Shown: piece by piece, positions 63,022 to 64,000 of the stretch
How the letters are laid out: each line of letters begins with the position of its first letter
Numbering within the stretch: position 1 is the stretch's first letter
Assembly: GCF_009914755.1 (NCBI RefSeq)
Contig: NC_060929.1
DNA: 64,000 bases
Origin: the human T2T-CHM13v2.0 reference genome, Homo sapiens
Direction: 5' to 3' (one strand)
Notes under the pieces: model-generated
Database searches by the model: none
What the model was told of the DNA's origin: nothing
The model's input: the letters and a program-made list of their open reading frames with translations, nothing else
Translations under genes and position numbers: made by a program

Positions 63022-63771
63022 CTGTAAACAAATTGAATATGGCACCTCAGAGATTAATTCTGGAAAGGTATCAAGGTACTATAAACAGCAAAATTATCAT
63101 CAACAAGCTCAGGGTCTCATACAAGATAAAGTGGGAGAGAATATTAACAATGGCACTAAATACAGTATAAAAATCTAAAGAGCTCTACCAACAAAGCATC
63201 TGCTTCTGTGTTGATCAATGTTAAAAACCTGCTCTGTATCACCTATTGTTTTAACATTAAGATATGTTGAGGCACATGTTACGAAGATTATACTTTTAAA
63301 CTTTTCAAAATGTCTTGTAGGTGATTGAAATCCTCTTAGTTACAAACTTTTATATTAAAAAAATTAAATGATAAAACCTTTACAAATATAAAAGGTAAGC
63401 TAATGAAAATTAAACGACTTTAAATCCTGACAACCCACAAAATGTTTTATATTGTGTATTTTTCCAGCAATATTTTATGCACTTACTGTTTACAATTTCT
63501 TTCCCAAAAAACCAGTAAAGTGTTTTTGGTAAGATTGAAAACAGCATCTCTTATTTGCTAAAAACCAACAATCTCCAATATTTTACTATGTCTGTTACCA
63601 ATCTCCAATATTTTACTAAAACAAAACTATGCCATATTTATGTGAGGGACCATGTAATGCAGTGATTCATGGCCCAAATTCAAAACTAAGAATTATAGTC
63701 TATAATTCTTCATAATTCCTTTGTATGCTTACGTTTTATACTGTGAAACATTTTCTATTTAAAATTATACA

Positions 63772-64000
63772 GGCTGGATGTGGTGGCTTACACCTGTAAT
63801 CCCACCCAGCACTTTGGGAAGCCAAAGTGGGAGGATTACTTGAGGCCAGGAATTTGAGACTAGCCTGGGCAATATAGCAAGACTCCGTCTCTGTAAAAAA
63901 TAATAAAAATTAGCTGAGTATGGTAGTGCACACCTGTAGTCCTAGCTACTTGGGAGACTGAGGCGGGAGGATTGCTGGAGCCCAGGAGTTCAAGGCTACA
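63772..64000 (+). mobile_element. AluJ-like element, cut by the window edge
   Basis: Alu consensus running to the end of the window. Confidence 0.85.

Noticed and set aside
62874-63170. 98-aa + strand ORF opposite a GFM2 exon
   Set aside because: An antisense shadow of a coding exon, with no splice or promoter support.

Overview
Human genomic DNA containing the whole coding region of HEXB (beta-hexosaminidase beta subunit, the Sandhoff disease gene). It lies on the + strand with 14 coding exons, 22186-58077, giving 556 aa; all introns are GT-AG and the reading frame is continuous. A CpG-island promoter precedes it. The last four coding exons of GFM2 (mitochondrial EF-G2/ribosome recycling factor) lie on the - strand, converging tail-to-tail with HEXB, and the two genes' poly(A) signals are interleaved. 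The first ~21 kb is repeat-rich (Alus, solo ERV1 LTRs, MaLR, old L1, MER20). HEXB intron 6 holds a full-length, sense-oriented but coding-dead L1PA3-type LINE-1 that keeps the ~129-bp ZNF93-target segment and has an open 157-codon antisense ORF0. A GFM2 intron holds a U6 snRNA retrocopy with target-site duplications (TSDs). The haplotype appears to differ from the reference proteins as I recall them (HEXB Ser62, a 2-aa deletion in GFM2, GFM2 Gln774). I see no evidence for a wholly new biological system; the most interesting signals are regulatory or structural and are listed as findings. Repeat subfamily names and literature links are from memory, not from a database search.
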